This document shows, piece by piece, positions 55,391 to 64,000 of a stretch of 64,000 bases of DNA (positions are counted from its first letter, which is position 1; every line of letters begins with the position of its first letter). The notes beneath the pieces were generated by a model that was given only the letters and a program-made list of their open reading frames with translations, was not told the origin of the DNA and searched no databases. The DNA comes from an uncultured Chloroflexia bacterium (GTDB taxonomy: Bacteria; Chloroflexota; Limnocylindria; Limnocylindrales; CSP1-4): the NCBI GenBank assembly GCA_963709605.1, contig CAVPWX010000006.1, forward strand, positions 9,110 to 73,109, in the 5' to 3' direction. The position numbers were made by a program, and so were the translations under genes.

Positions 55391-56380
55391 ATGACCGCTC
55401 GCACACCGTCGGCGGCCCGCAGGCCGCGGTCTGTTCCCTCCCCGCGCCGCGCAGGCGTGCTGCTCCTGGCCCTCGTCGCGCTCGCCGTGGGCGCGTGCGC
55501 CGGCGGCGCCTCGACCCTCTCTCCCTTCGGCCCGCCGGTCGAGGACGGCGCTGTCGAGATGCCCGCCCCCGCCGCGACGGCCGGCCCCGCCGAGGACTCG
55601 ATCAAGGCCGACTGGGCGACCGGCCCCAGGACGGGCGGGTCTCCCGACATCGTCAACGGCCCGCTGATCGTCCGAACGGGCCAGCTGGACCTCGAGGTCG
55701 CGGCCCTCGACGACGCGCTCGCCGCGGCCGAGAAGGCCGTCGCGGCCGCCGGCGGCTACGTGGCCGCCTCGCAGCGCCAGGGCGACGGCGAACGCGCCGG
55801 CGCCTCGGTCACCTATCGCGTCCCGGTCGACCGCTGGGAGGCCACCCTCGCCGCGCTCCGCGCTGTCGGGACGAAGATCCTCGCCGAGCAGACCGCCAGC
55901 GAGGAGGTCACCAGCCAGGTCGTCGACCTCGGCGCCCGGCTGGCCAACCTGCGGGCGACCGAGGCCGCCCTCCAGGCGATCATGGTGAAGGCCACCAAGA
56001 TCACCGACATCCTCGAGGTCCAGGCCCAGCTGACCGGCGTCCGGGGGGAGATCGAGCAGCTCACGGCCCAGAAGCAGGCGCTCGAGGAGCGGGCCGCCCT
56101 GGCTACGCTCACCGTCGGCTTCTCGCTGCCCCCGGTCATCGCCGTGACCCAGGTCCGCGAGGGCTGGGATCCCGCGGCGGACGTCGACCGGGCCGCGGCG
56201 ACGCTGGTCGGCCTCGGCCAGGGCGTCGCCAGCGCCGCGATCTGGGTCGGGATCGTCCTGCTCCCGCTGGCCCTCGTGGTCGGGCTCGCGATCGGCATCG
56301 CCTGGCTGGTCGCCCGCCGGGTGCGCCCGCGCTCGACCCCGCCCTCGCCCCCCGCGACGCTCGAGGCCCCGGCAGCCTAG
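55391..56380 (+). CDS. DUF4349-domain lipoprotein
   Basis: It has the lipobox LAVGACAGG. IVRTGQLDLEVAALDDALAAAEKAVAAAGGYVA.. is followed by a coiled coil (VVDLGARLANLRATEAAL..QLTGVRGEIEQL) and two C-terminal TM segments. This architecture is typical of DUF4349. Confidence 0.7.
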   Translation: MTARTPSAARRPRSVPSPRRAGVLLLALVALAVGACAGGASTLSPFGPPVEDGAVEMPAPAATAGPAEDSIKADWATGPRTGGSPDIVNGPLIVRTGQLDLEVAALDDALAAAEKAVAAAGGYVAASQRQGDGERAGASVTYRVPVDRWEATLAALRAVGTKILAEQTASEEVTSQVVDLGARLANLRATEAALQAIMVKATKITDILEVQAQLTGVRGEIEQLTAQKQALEERAALATLTVGFSLPPVIAVTQVREGWDPAADVDRAAATLVGLGQGVASAAIWVGIVLLPLALVVGLAIGIAWLVARRVRPRSTPPSPPATLEAPAA

Positions 56381-57138
56381 AGCTCCTGGCGGCGGAAGCC
56401 CCACCAGGCGAGGCCCAGGACGACGGCGATGAGCGCCACGTTCACGACCACCGGGCCCAGGAGCGGGTCCGGGACCGTGCCCAGGGCGAGCGCGTCGGCG
56501 GCACCCCACAGGCTCGTGGGCAGGTAGGGCCCGATCCCCGGGAGCGCCGAGAGGATCCCGACGACCAGGAAGAGGCCGAAGGCGGCCCCGCCGGCCACGA
56601 GCGCCGAGCGGGTGGCCACCGAGGCGAGGAAGGTGAGCGCTGCGAAGACGGCGAGGGAGAGCCAGACGAGCGCGACGGCCCCCGCGAAGGCGGCAACGGG
56701 CAGCGGCTCGAACAGGATCGTCGTGTAGATCCAGCAGAGGGCGCCGGCCGCGGCCAGGGCGAGGGCGAGCAGGGCCCCGATGGCAACGACCTTCGCGGCA
56801 ACGAAGGCTCCGCGGCCGATCGGCTTCGTCAGCAGGAAGGCGGCCGTCCCCCGCTCCTTCTCGGTGGCGACGGCGCCCATCGTCACGAGGATCGCGATGA
56901 CGACGCCGAACTGGCCGACGTTCTTGGTGAACTGGATGACGGCGTCGGCCACCGTCGGCTCGGGGATCATGCCCCCGAACTGGCCACCCCCGACCGCCTC
57001 GACGATCTCCCGGGTGTAGCGGGCGACGACCGGCGAGAGGAGACCGAAGATCGCGAAGACGGCGACGACCACGACGAGCCGCATCGTGCGGACCTGCTCG
57101 CGGACCTCCTTCCGCAGCATGAGCCCGAAACCGGTCAT
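56377..57138 (-). CDS. ABC-2 type exporter permease
   Basis: 253 aa starting MTGFGLMLRKEVREQVRT.., with 6 hydrophobic segments. The ATG overlaps the upstream ATPase stop (ATGA). Confidence 0.8.
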   Translation of the reverse strand: MTGFGLMLRKEVREQVRTMRLVVVVAVFAIFGLLSPVVARYTREIVEAVGGGQFGGMIPEPTVADAVIQFTKNVGQFGVVIAILVTMGAVATEKERGTAAFLLTKPIGRGAFVAAKVVAIGALLALALAAAGALCWIYTTILFEPLPVAAFAGAVALVWLSLAVFAALTFLASVATRSALVAGGAAFGLFLVVGILSALPGIGPYLPTSLWGAADALALGTVPDPLLGPVVVNVALIAVVLGLAWWGFRRQEL

Positions 57139-58172
57139 GCCGCCGGCCCTCCGGCCGGCCGATCGGCCGGCGCCGGCGGGCCACCCTCCGCCGTCCCGTC
57201 GACCGGCCCGTTGCCGACGAGCTGGAGGAAGACGTCCTCCAGCGTGGGCCGGACCCGCTCGAATCGTGCCAGCCGGACGCCCGCGGCCACCACCAGCGGG
57301 AGCGCCTCCGCGGTCGCCCGCCCGGTGTCCGAGACGATCACCCGCAGCAGGCCGTGCTCGGCCCGCACGTCGCGGGCCCACGCGGCCGCCCGGAGGCTCT
57401 CGGCCAGGGCGATGACGGCGGCCTCCTGGCCCGGCTCGGGGTCGAGCTCGAAGACCGGCGTGGCGTGGCGCGCGAGGAGCTCGTCGATCGGCGCCTCCGT
57501 CACCAGGCGCCCGCGGTCGAGGATCGCCACCCTGTCGCAGATGCGCTCGACGTCCGTGAGGATGTGGGTGCTCATGAAGACGGTGGCGGCCCCCCGCAGG
57601 CGGCCGATGAGCTCCAGCGTGTCGCGCCGTCCCGCCGGGTCCAGGGCGCTCACCGGCTCGTCGAGGAAGAGGACGGCCGGGCGCGGCAGCACCGCCTGGC
57701 CCACCCCCAGCCGCTGGCGCATGCCACCCGAGTACCCGCCGATGCGACGCCGGGCGGCGTCGGTGAGCCCCACCATCTCGAGGACCTCGTCCACCCGCGA
57801 GCGGAGCGTCGCGCCCGTCATCCCGTAGGCGCGCCCGACGAAGGCCAGCAGCTCCCGGCCGGTCATCCAGCCGTAGAAGCGGGGGTCCTGGTCGAGATAG
57901 CCGATCCGCCGGGCAAGGGCCAGCGACTCCTTCCCGACCTCGACGCCGGCCACGCTGGCGGTGCCCGCCGTCGGGTGGCCGAGGCCGGTCAGGAGGCGGA
58001 GGGTCGTCGTCTTCCCGGCGCCGTTGGGCCCCAGGAACCCGAAGACGGCGCCGGTCGGCACGGCCAGGTCGAGCGCGTCGAGGGCGAGGACGTCCCCGTA
58101 GCGCTTGGTCAGGCCGTGGGCCTCGATCGCCGGCGGGGCTCCGGCGGCGTCCGGCGCGGGGAGGGCGGTCAC
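57135..58172 (-). CDS. ABC transporter ATP-binding protein (ABC-2/DrrA-like)
   Basis: The sequence shows GFLGPNGAGKTTT, YSGGMRQRLGVGQA, LFLDEPVSALD and STHIL. I propose the GTG start at 58172, because the listed start at 58238 would overlap the upstream small gene. Confidence 0.88.
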   Translation of the reverse strand: MTALPAPDAAGAPPAIEAHGLTKRYGDVLALDALDLAVPTGAVFGFLGPNGAGKTTTLRLLTGLGHPTAGTASVAGVEVGKESLALARRIGYLDQDPRFYGWMTGRELLAFVGRAYGMTGATLRSRVDEVLEMVGLTDAARRRIGGYSGGMRQRLGVGQAVLPRPAVLFLDEPVSALDPAGRRDTLELIGRLRGAATVFMSTHILTDVERICDRVAILDRGRLVTEAPIDELLARHATPVFELDPEPGQEAAVIALAESLRAAAWARDVRAEHGLLRVIVSDTGRATAEALPLVVAAGVRLARFERVRPTLEDVFLQLVGNGPVDGTAEGGPPAPADRPAGGPAA

Positions 58173-58182
58173 GGTCGACGTC

Positions 58183-58389
58183 TCACGCGTCCTCGCGGCC
58201 GACGAGGAAGTAGAGGATGGGCCCGAAGTAGCTGACAAAGATGATGATCAGGGCCCAGACGACCTTGCTGTCGCCCTTCACCCGGCGCGTGGGGCGGGTG
58301 AGGTCGTAGAGGGCCCAGACCAGCAGCCCCAGCTGGATGACGAGGATCGGGATGAGGATAGCGAGGAGCGTGCCGACGTCGGGGTCCAA
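58183..58389 (-). CDS. Small PLDc_N-domain membrane protein (cardiolipin-synthase N-terminal-like)
   Basis: 68 aa with two TM segments: LLAILIPILVIQLGLLVWALYDL..KVVWALIIIFVSYFGPILYFLVGR. Confidence 0.7.
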   Translation of the reverse strand: MDPDVGTLLAILIPILVIQLGLLVWALYDLTRPTRRVKGDSKVVWALIIIFVSYFGPILYFLVGREDA

Positions 58390-58403
58390 GGTGCCTCCCC
58401 TGG

Positions 58404-59528
58404 TCAGGCGGCGTCCGTGGCCACCGCCAGCATGCGCTCGGCGTCGAGCGACGCCGCCACGATCGACTTGATCATCTCGATCTTGCCCCGGTCGGACGCG
58501 TGGGTCTTGACCAGAAGGTCATGAACATCGGAGGCCACCATGTACGTGTCCTCGTCGAGGAAGCAGGCAAACAGCTCGGCCCGCCGGATCTCGTCGATGA
58601 CGGCCGGCCGGGGCCGGTAGCCGGAGAGGACGAACCCGACCGTCGACGGCTCCGCCTCACCGCGGATCACCGCGGGCCGGCGCATCTCCGCCCGATGCGC
58701 CCGCGAGAGCGCCACGATGACGTCCTCGCGGTCCCCGGCGACGATCACGATGCGGCGCCCGATCACGTGCTGCAGGACGTGGTGCGGCTCCATGGCGGCG
58801 ACGCTGATGCCGCCGATGACGAGGTCGAGATCCGGACCCGCGTTGAGGAGCTCGGCGCCGGTTCCCCCCACGATCATCGAGAGCGTCGGGTTGGACAGGA
58901 TCGGCCGGTACGGGATGACGCCGAGGAGCGGGATCCCGTGCCGCGCCAGGCCCCGTTCCAGGATCGTCGCGATCCCCGGCTGGGCGTCGACGTCGACCTT
59001 GTTGACGATCGCCCCGGCGACGGCGACCCCGTGGGCGGCGAAGTGGCTCGCGTTGAGGACGATCTCGTCGATCGGCCGCCCCACGCCGCCCTCGCTCACG
59101 ATCACGGCCGGAGCGCGAAGGAGCGCCGCGACGACAGCGTTGGAGAGGCCGATGACAGCGCCCACGCCGGCGTGCCCGGTCCCCTCGATGAGGAGGACGT
59201 CCTTGTCGGCCACGAAGGTCGCGTGCGCGTCGACAATCCGGGCGCCGAGGTCCTCGACCACCTCGCCGGCGATGTAGGCCTTGGTGAAGCCCCGCGGGAT
59301 GTGGACCGGGCTCATCGCCGCCATCGGCTCGCGCAGGTCGTAGACGGCCTTCACCAGGACCGCGTCCTCGTCTGCCGGGACGCCGGACTCGTCGACCACG
59401 GTCCGCTGGCCAACCGGCTTCATGAAGCCGGTCCGCAGGCCCTCGCGGAGGAAGATGTCCAGGAGCCCCAGCGACGTGGTGGTCTTGCCCCGGTTCTGGC
59501 CGGTCGCGGCGAGGTAGAGGTGGCGCAT
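58404..59528 (-). CDS. Stand-alone BioD-like P-loop (AAA_26) + DRTGG domain protein, resembling the N-terminal regulatory domain of long phosphotransacetylases
   Basis: The sequence shows MRHLYLAATGQNRGKTTTSLGLL, FMKPVGQ, LIEGTGHAGVGAV, VIVSEGG.. and later RIVIVAGDREDVIVAL (DRTGG-like). No Pta catalytic domain follows. Confidence 0.65.
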   Translation of the reverse strand: MRHLYLAATGQNRGKTTTSLGLLDIFLREGLRTGFMKPVGQRTVVDESGVPADEDAVLVKAVYDLREPMAAMSPVHIPRGFTKAYIAGEVVEDLGARIVDAHATFVADKDVLLIEGTGHAGVGAVIGLSNAVVAALLRAPAVIVSEGGVGRPIDEIVLNASHFAAHGVAVAGAIVNKVDVDAQPGIATILERGLARHGIPLLGVIPYRPILSNPTLSMIVGGTGAELLNAGPDLDLVIGGISVAAMEPHHVLQHVIGRRIVIVAGDREDVIVALSRAHRAEMRRPAVIRGEAEPSTVGFVLSGYRPRPAVIDEIRRAELFACFLDEDTYMVASDVHDLLVKTHASDRGKIEMIKSIVAASLDAERMLAVATDAA

Positions 59529-59577
59529 CAGGCGGGCGGCACGGGGCGGAGGCCGGGGACGGGCACGGCCGGCGACC

Positions 59578-60198
59578 TCAGCGTGGCGTGGTCTTGCGCT
59601 CGACGAGCGCGAGGGCCTCGCGAAGGCGGCCGATCATGTCGGGGTCCACGCTGTCCGGCTCGAGGTACGGGCCCAGGCGCTCCAGGACATCCCCAACGAG
59701 GCCGAGGAAGACCCCCGCGTCGGCGACGAAGAACTGCGGCTCGTTGTTGTAGCGGACGAGCGTCAGGCGGCCCTGGAGGACACGGCGGTCCTCCATGTGG
59801 GCGATCTGGGTCGCGAAGCTGTGGCCCTGGATGCCGTCCGGGTTGTTCAGGAAGTTCAGGGCGTTGTCGATGGCCAGGCCGAAGCGGGCTCGCCAGGCGG
59901 TCAGCCGCTCGTGAACCTCGGGGGCGATGCGGACCTCGCCGACCTCCTCGAAGACCTCGGGCGCCACGGTGAGGAGCCCCACGAGGGTCGAGCCGGCCCG
60001 CGCCCCGAGCATCACCTGGAGCGAGCGCTCCAGGGTGAAGACCTCGGAGTCGAACCGCGGGCTCGTGATGACGTCGGTCAGGAGGTCCTCCACGTTGTCG
60101 AGGACGGCCGAGTCGGACATCGCGCCCGCCAGGTGGAGGATCTCCTCCTTGAACAGGAACTTCTCTTCGTGGTCGAGCATGGTGGGCCGATGGTACAC
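59578..60198 (-). CDS. Hypothetical protein (about 200 aa), no family recognised
   Basis: The composition is balanced: MLDHEEKFLFKEEILHLAGAMSDSAVLDNVEDLLTDVITSPRFDSEVFTLERSLQVML... An alternative ATG is at 60180. Confidence 0.6.
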   Translation of the reverse strand: MYHRPTMLDHEEKFLFKEEILHLAGAMSDSAVLDNVEDLLTDVITSPRFDSEVFTLERSLQVMLGARAGSTLVGLLTVAPEVFEEVGEVRIAPEVHERLTAWRARFGLAIDNALNFLNNPDGIQGHSFATQIAHMEDRRVLQGRLTLVRYNNEPQFFVADAGVFLGLVGDVLERLGPYLEPDSVDPDMIGRLREALALVERKTTPR

Positions 60199-60273
60199 CG
60201 CGGGAATCCGCGAGCCCCGGCCGGACTGCCGGGGCTCGCACAGGTACAGCCGGCGGCCCGATGCCGCGTCGGT

Positions 60274-61539
<1,266 letters not shown>

Positions 61540-61852
61540 GAAGAGGGGTTCCTCCCTGTCGGGGCCCCGTGGGGGTGCCGCCGATTTCGTCCGCCCCGGC
61601 GGGGCGGCCATGCTGCCGCCTCCGGGACGGCTGCCGGCCACGGCGCGCGACCCGCGCGATGCGGGCCGTCGCGGCGCGACGGAGATCACACCGGGCCGAT
61701 CATCCGGCCCTCCTTGCCCCGCCGCCTAGGGCCGAACGGGGACGCTTCGCCCGGGCGGATCGGCCCGCAGAGCGGGCGCAATGGTACCGGCACCGGCCCG
61801 TATCCGTTCCGCAACCCTCGGGTGCCGCCGGGCACGCGGCCGGGCGACCGCC

Positions 61853-61880
61853 CTCAGCGCCGGAGCCTCAGCGCCGGAGC
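61853..61880. repeat. Exact tandem duplication of the 14-nt unit ctcagcgccggagc, spanning the stop codon of the first degV gene
   Basis: Read directly: copies at 61853-61866 and 61867-61880. Confidence 0.9.
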
Positions 61881-62725
61881 AGGACCACGGCGCCGAGGCA
61901 GCCCGGGCCGATGTGGGGTCCGACCGACGGGCCCACGACGGCCGTCGTGGCGTGGCCGGCATCGACCCCGCCGGGGAGGCGGGCGAAGACCTCCTGCCCG
62001 AAGGCAGCGGCGTCGGCGTCGGCGGGCGGGGTGTACAGGATGGCGATGCGCTCGACCGGCCTGGCCGTCAGGAGCTCGAGGACGCGCTCGCGCGCCTTCG
62101 AGCGGGTTCGGACGCGGTCGGCCGTGTCCACCTCGCCGTCCGTCACGGTGATGATCGGCTTGACCGAGAGCACCGACCCGATCGCCGCGCGGGCCGCCGA
62201 CATGCGCCCGCCCTTGCGGAGGTACTCGAGCGTGTCGAGGGCGACGTAGAGGTCGATGTCGCCGACCCGACCGCGGAGCGTCGAGGCGATCTCGGACGCC
62301 GGGAGCCCGTCGGCCGCCAGCTCGGCGCCGAGAAGGGCCAGAAGCCCCACGCCCATCGACGCCGAGGAAGAGTCGACGACGTGGATCTCCTCGCCGCGGA
62401 GCGCCTGGGCGGCCAGCTCGGCGCTCTTGAACGTGGCCGACAGCTTGCCGCCGACGGTGACGCAGACGATCGCCTTGGCCCCGTTCGCCAGCTCCTCCTC
62501 GAAGGCGTCCTGGAAGTCGCCGGGGGACGCGGCCGCGGTGGTGGGGAACGGGGCGTCGGGCGCCACCATCCGCGTCCAGAACTCGCCCGTCGAGAGGTCG
62601 ACGCCCGCCCGGAACTCCTCCTCGCCGAACCGCACGTAGAGCGGGACGATCCGGACCCCGCTCGCCTCCGCGTCGGCCGCGGTGAGGTCGGACGCCGAGT
62701 CCGTGATGATCGCGACGCGCCCCAT
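61868..62725 (-). CDS. DegV-family (FakB-like) fatty-acid-binding protein
   Basis: The sequence shows MGRVAIITDSASDL.., YVRFGEEEF, TTAAASPGDF, LSATFKSA and LEYLRKGGRMS. RBS GGGGGAGG lies upstream. Confidence 0.88.
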   Translation of the reverse strand: MGRVAIITDSASDLTAADAEASGVRIVPLYVRFGEEEFRAGVDLSTGEFWTRMVAPDAPFPTTAAASPGDFQDAFEEELANGAKAIVCVTVGGKLSATFKSAELAAQALRGEEIHVVDSSSASMGVGLLALLGAELAADGLPASEIASTLRGRVGDIDLYVALDTLEYLRKGGRMSAARAAIGSVLSVKPIITVTDGEVDTADRVRTRSKARERVLELLTARPVERIAILYTPPADADAAAFGQEVFARLPGGVDAGHATTAVVGPSVGPHIGPGCLGAVVLLRR

Positions 62726-62845
62726 CGGGCCTCCCCCTTGCTCCTCTCCCGTTCCCCCTGCCCGCCGGCAGGAATCCCGCCCGCGGACCGGCTCGATCGT
62801 TCAGGACGACCGCGCGCCCTCCGAACCCGTCGCCGCAGGGAACGC

Positions 62846-63706
62846 TCAGCGGGCTCGCAGGAAGGCCGCCCCCATCAGCCCGGGCCCGAGGTGCGGGCCC
62901 GTCGTGGCGCCGAGGAGCCCGGTCGAGACGTGGGCGGGGTCGACCCCGCCGGGGATGCGGGCAAGGAGCGCGTCGCGGAACGCGGCGACCTCGTCGGGCG
63001 GGCTCGTCGGGGTGTGGATGACCGCGAGGCGCTCGACCGGGGCCGCCGACACGAGCGCGAGGACCCGTTCGCGGGCCTTCGCCCGCGTCCGCGGCTTCTC
63101 GGCAATCACGACGATGCCGTCGCGGACCGTGATGATCGGCTTCAGCGACAGGACGCCCCCGATCGCGGCCGAGGTGGCCGAGAGCCGGCCGCCCCTCCGC
63201 AGGTACTCGAGGGTGTCGATGGCGACGTAGAGATCGAGGTCGGGCAGGCGGTTGCGGACACGCGCGGCGATCTCCGCGGCGGGCACCCCGTTCGCTGCCA
63301 GCTCGGCCGCGAGGATCGCCGGGATCCCGGTCGACATCGAGGTCGACGCGCTGTCGACGAGGTGGATCTCGCGGTCGGGAAGCGCCTCGGCGGCGAGCTT
63401 CGCGGCGCCGAAGGTCGCCGAGAGCTTGGAGCCGATGAGCACCGCGACGATCGCCTCCGAGCCGCCGGCGAACGCCGCCTCGAACGTCTCCCGGAAGGTG
63501 CCCGGCGACGGCGCTGCCGTCGAGGGGAACGGCGCGCCGGGCTTCTGCAGCTCTTCCCAGAACGCCTCGGTCGAGAGGTCGATCCCGACCCGGAACTCCC
63601 GCTCGTCGAACCGGACGAAGAGCGGGACGACCTGGATGCCGTGCGCGGCGACCTGCTCCGGCACCAGGTCGGCGGACGAGTCGGTGACGATCGCGACGCG
63701 GCCCAT
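62846..63706 (-). CDS. DegV-family (FakB-like) fatty-acid-binding protein, paralog of the neighbouring gene
   Basis: The sequence shows MGRVAIVTDSSADL.., FVRFDEREF, STAAPSPGTF, LSATFGAA and LEYLRRGGRLS. RBS GGAGGAGGA lies upstream. It is collinear with the neighbouring DegV along its whole length. Confidence 0.88.
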   Translation of the reverse strand: MGRVAIVTDSSADLVPEQVAAHGIQVVPLFVRFDEREFRVGIDLSTEAFWEELQKPGAPFPSTAAPSPGTFRETFEAAFAGGSEAIVAVLIGSKLSATFGAAKLAAEALPDREIHLVDSASTSMSTGIPAILAAELAANGVPAAEIAARVRNRLPDLDLYVAIDTLEYLRRGGRLSATSAAIGGVLSLKPIITVRDGIVVIAEKPRTRAKARERVLALVSAAPVERLAVIHTPTSPPDEVAAFRDALLARIPGGVDPAHVSTGLLGATTGPHLGPGLMGAAFLRAR

Positions 63707-63819
63707 TGGTCCTCCTCCATCGATCCCCTGTCTGCCCGAAGCATACGAGGGCGCACCACCCCCCCACACACTCCCCCCGGGCCGGCCCCGTCTCGCCCGG
63801 GCCGCCTACAATCGATCCC

Positions 63820-64000
63820 GTGGACGTTCCCCGCCCGCTCGTGCCGGCATCGCTCGTCCGTGGTGCGAACGGCGCGGTCGTCGCCCCGCACCACCTGGCC
63901 ACGGCCGCCGGGCTTGGGATCCTCCGCGGGGGCGGCAGCGCGGTGGACGCGGCCATCGCGACCAACGCCGTCCTCGGCGTCGTCTTCGGGGAGGCCTGCG
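63820..64000 (+). CDS. ggt: Gamma-glutamyltranspeptidase, N-terminal 60 codons (3' end outside the window)
   Basis: A GTG start at 63820 gives VDVPRPLVPASLVRGANGAVVAPHHLATAAGLGILRGGGSAVDAAIATNAVLGVVFGEAC, which matches the conserved GGT N-terminal block (..hplAs.aG..iL..GGnAvDAAiA....L.vv.P...G). Confidence 0.7.
   Translation, partial: MDVPRPLVPASLVRGANGAVVAPHHLATAAGLGILRGGGSAVDAAIATNAVLGVVFGEAC

Overview
This is a 64-kb, very GC-rich bacterial window (by eye well above 65% GC). Third-codon positions are almost all G/C, so every real gene is shadowed by long Arg/Pro/Gly/Ala-rich ORFs in other frames; I ignored those. I can support about 55 protein genes, one tRNA-Ser(UGA), and several small repeats and hairpins.

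Gene content, in order:
- ETF-ubiquinone oxidoreductase (truncated by the window edge), a DUF2723 glycosyltransferase-like gene, a giant alpha-2-macroglobulin-family gene and an MFS transporter.
- vapBC next to tRNA-Ser.
- A secreted glucosaminidase-domain protein, divergent from a MacB/FtsX-type ABC exporter with a HlyD adaptor.
- An RDD protein, then greA, class I lysyl-tRNA synthetase and serS.
- A large DeoR-controlled sugar locus: CUT1 ABC importer, GH4 glycosidase, double-SIS protein, LacD-type aldolase, two PfkB kinases and an amidohydrolase-DUF952 fusion.
- argR, uppP, membrane pyrophosphatase (hppA) and lepB, followed by an orphan antiporter-like (NuoN/MrpD family) membrane protein.
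- ndk, an M16 peptidase and a BMP-family nucleoside-type ABC importer.
- A coaX-coaBC-panB-panC-GNAT operon.
- DUF4349, an ABC-2 exporter, a stand-alone Pta-N-terminal-like (AAA_26 + DRTGG) protein, glutamate dehydrogenase, two tandem DegV genes and the start of a gamma-glutamyltranspeptidase.

I found no CRISPR array, integrase, transposase, rRNA or recognisable defence island, and no clear-cut new multi-gene system.

Most notable observations:
1. Reading-frame disruptions are strongly clustered in the first ~15 kb. There are about 10 frameshifts plus one in-frame TAG across 5 genes and a gene remnant, and several sit on C4/G5 runs.
2. An uninterpretable 686-bp stretch carries C9 and C12 runs and a 40-nt polypyrimidine tract.
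3. The sugar locus has an unusual gene mix and the amidohydrolase-DUF952 fusion.
4. The orphan antiporter-like pair is translationally coupled to lepB.
5. A hydrolase and a MacB-type ABC module are paired divergently.

All functional calls come from motif and family recognition by eye; no searches were run.
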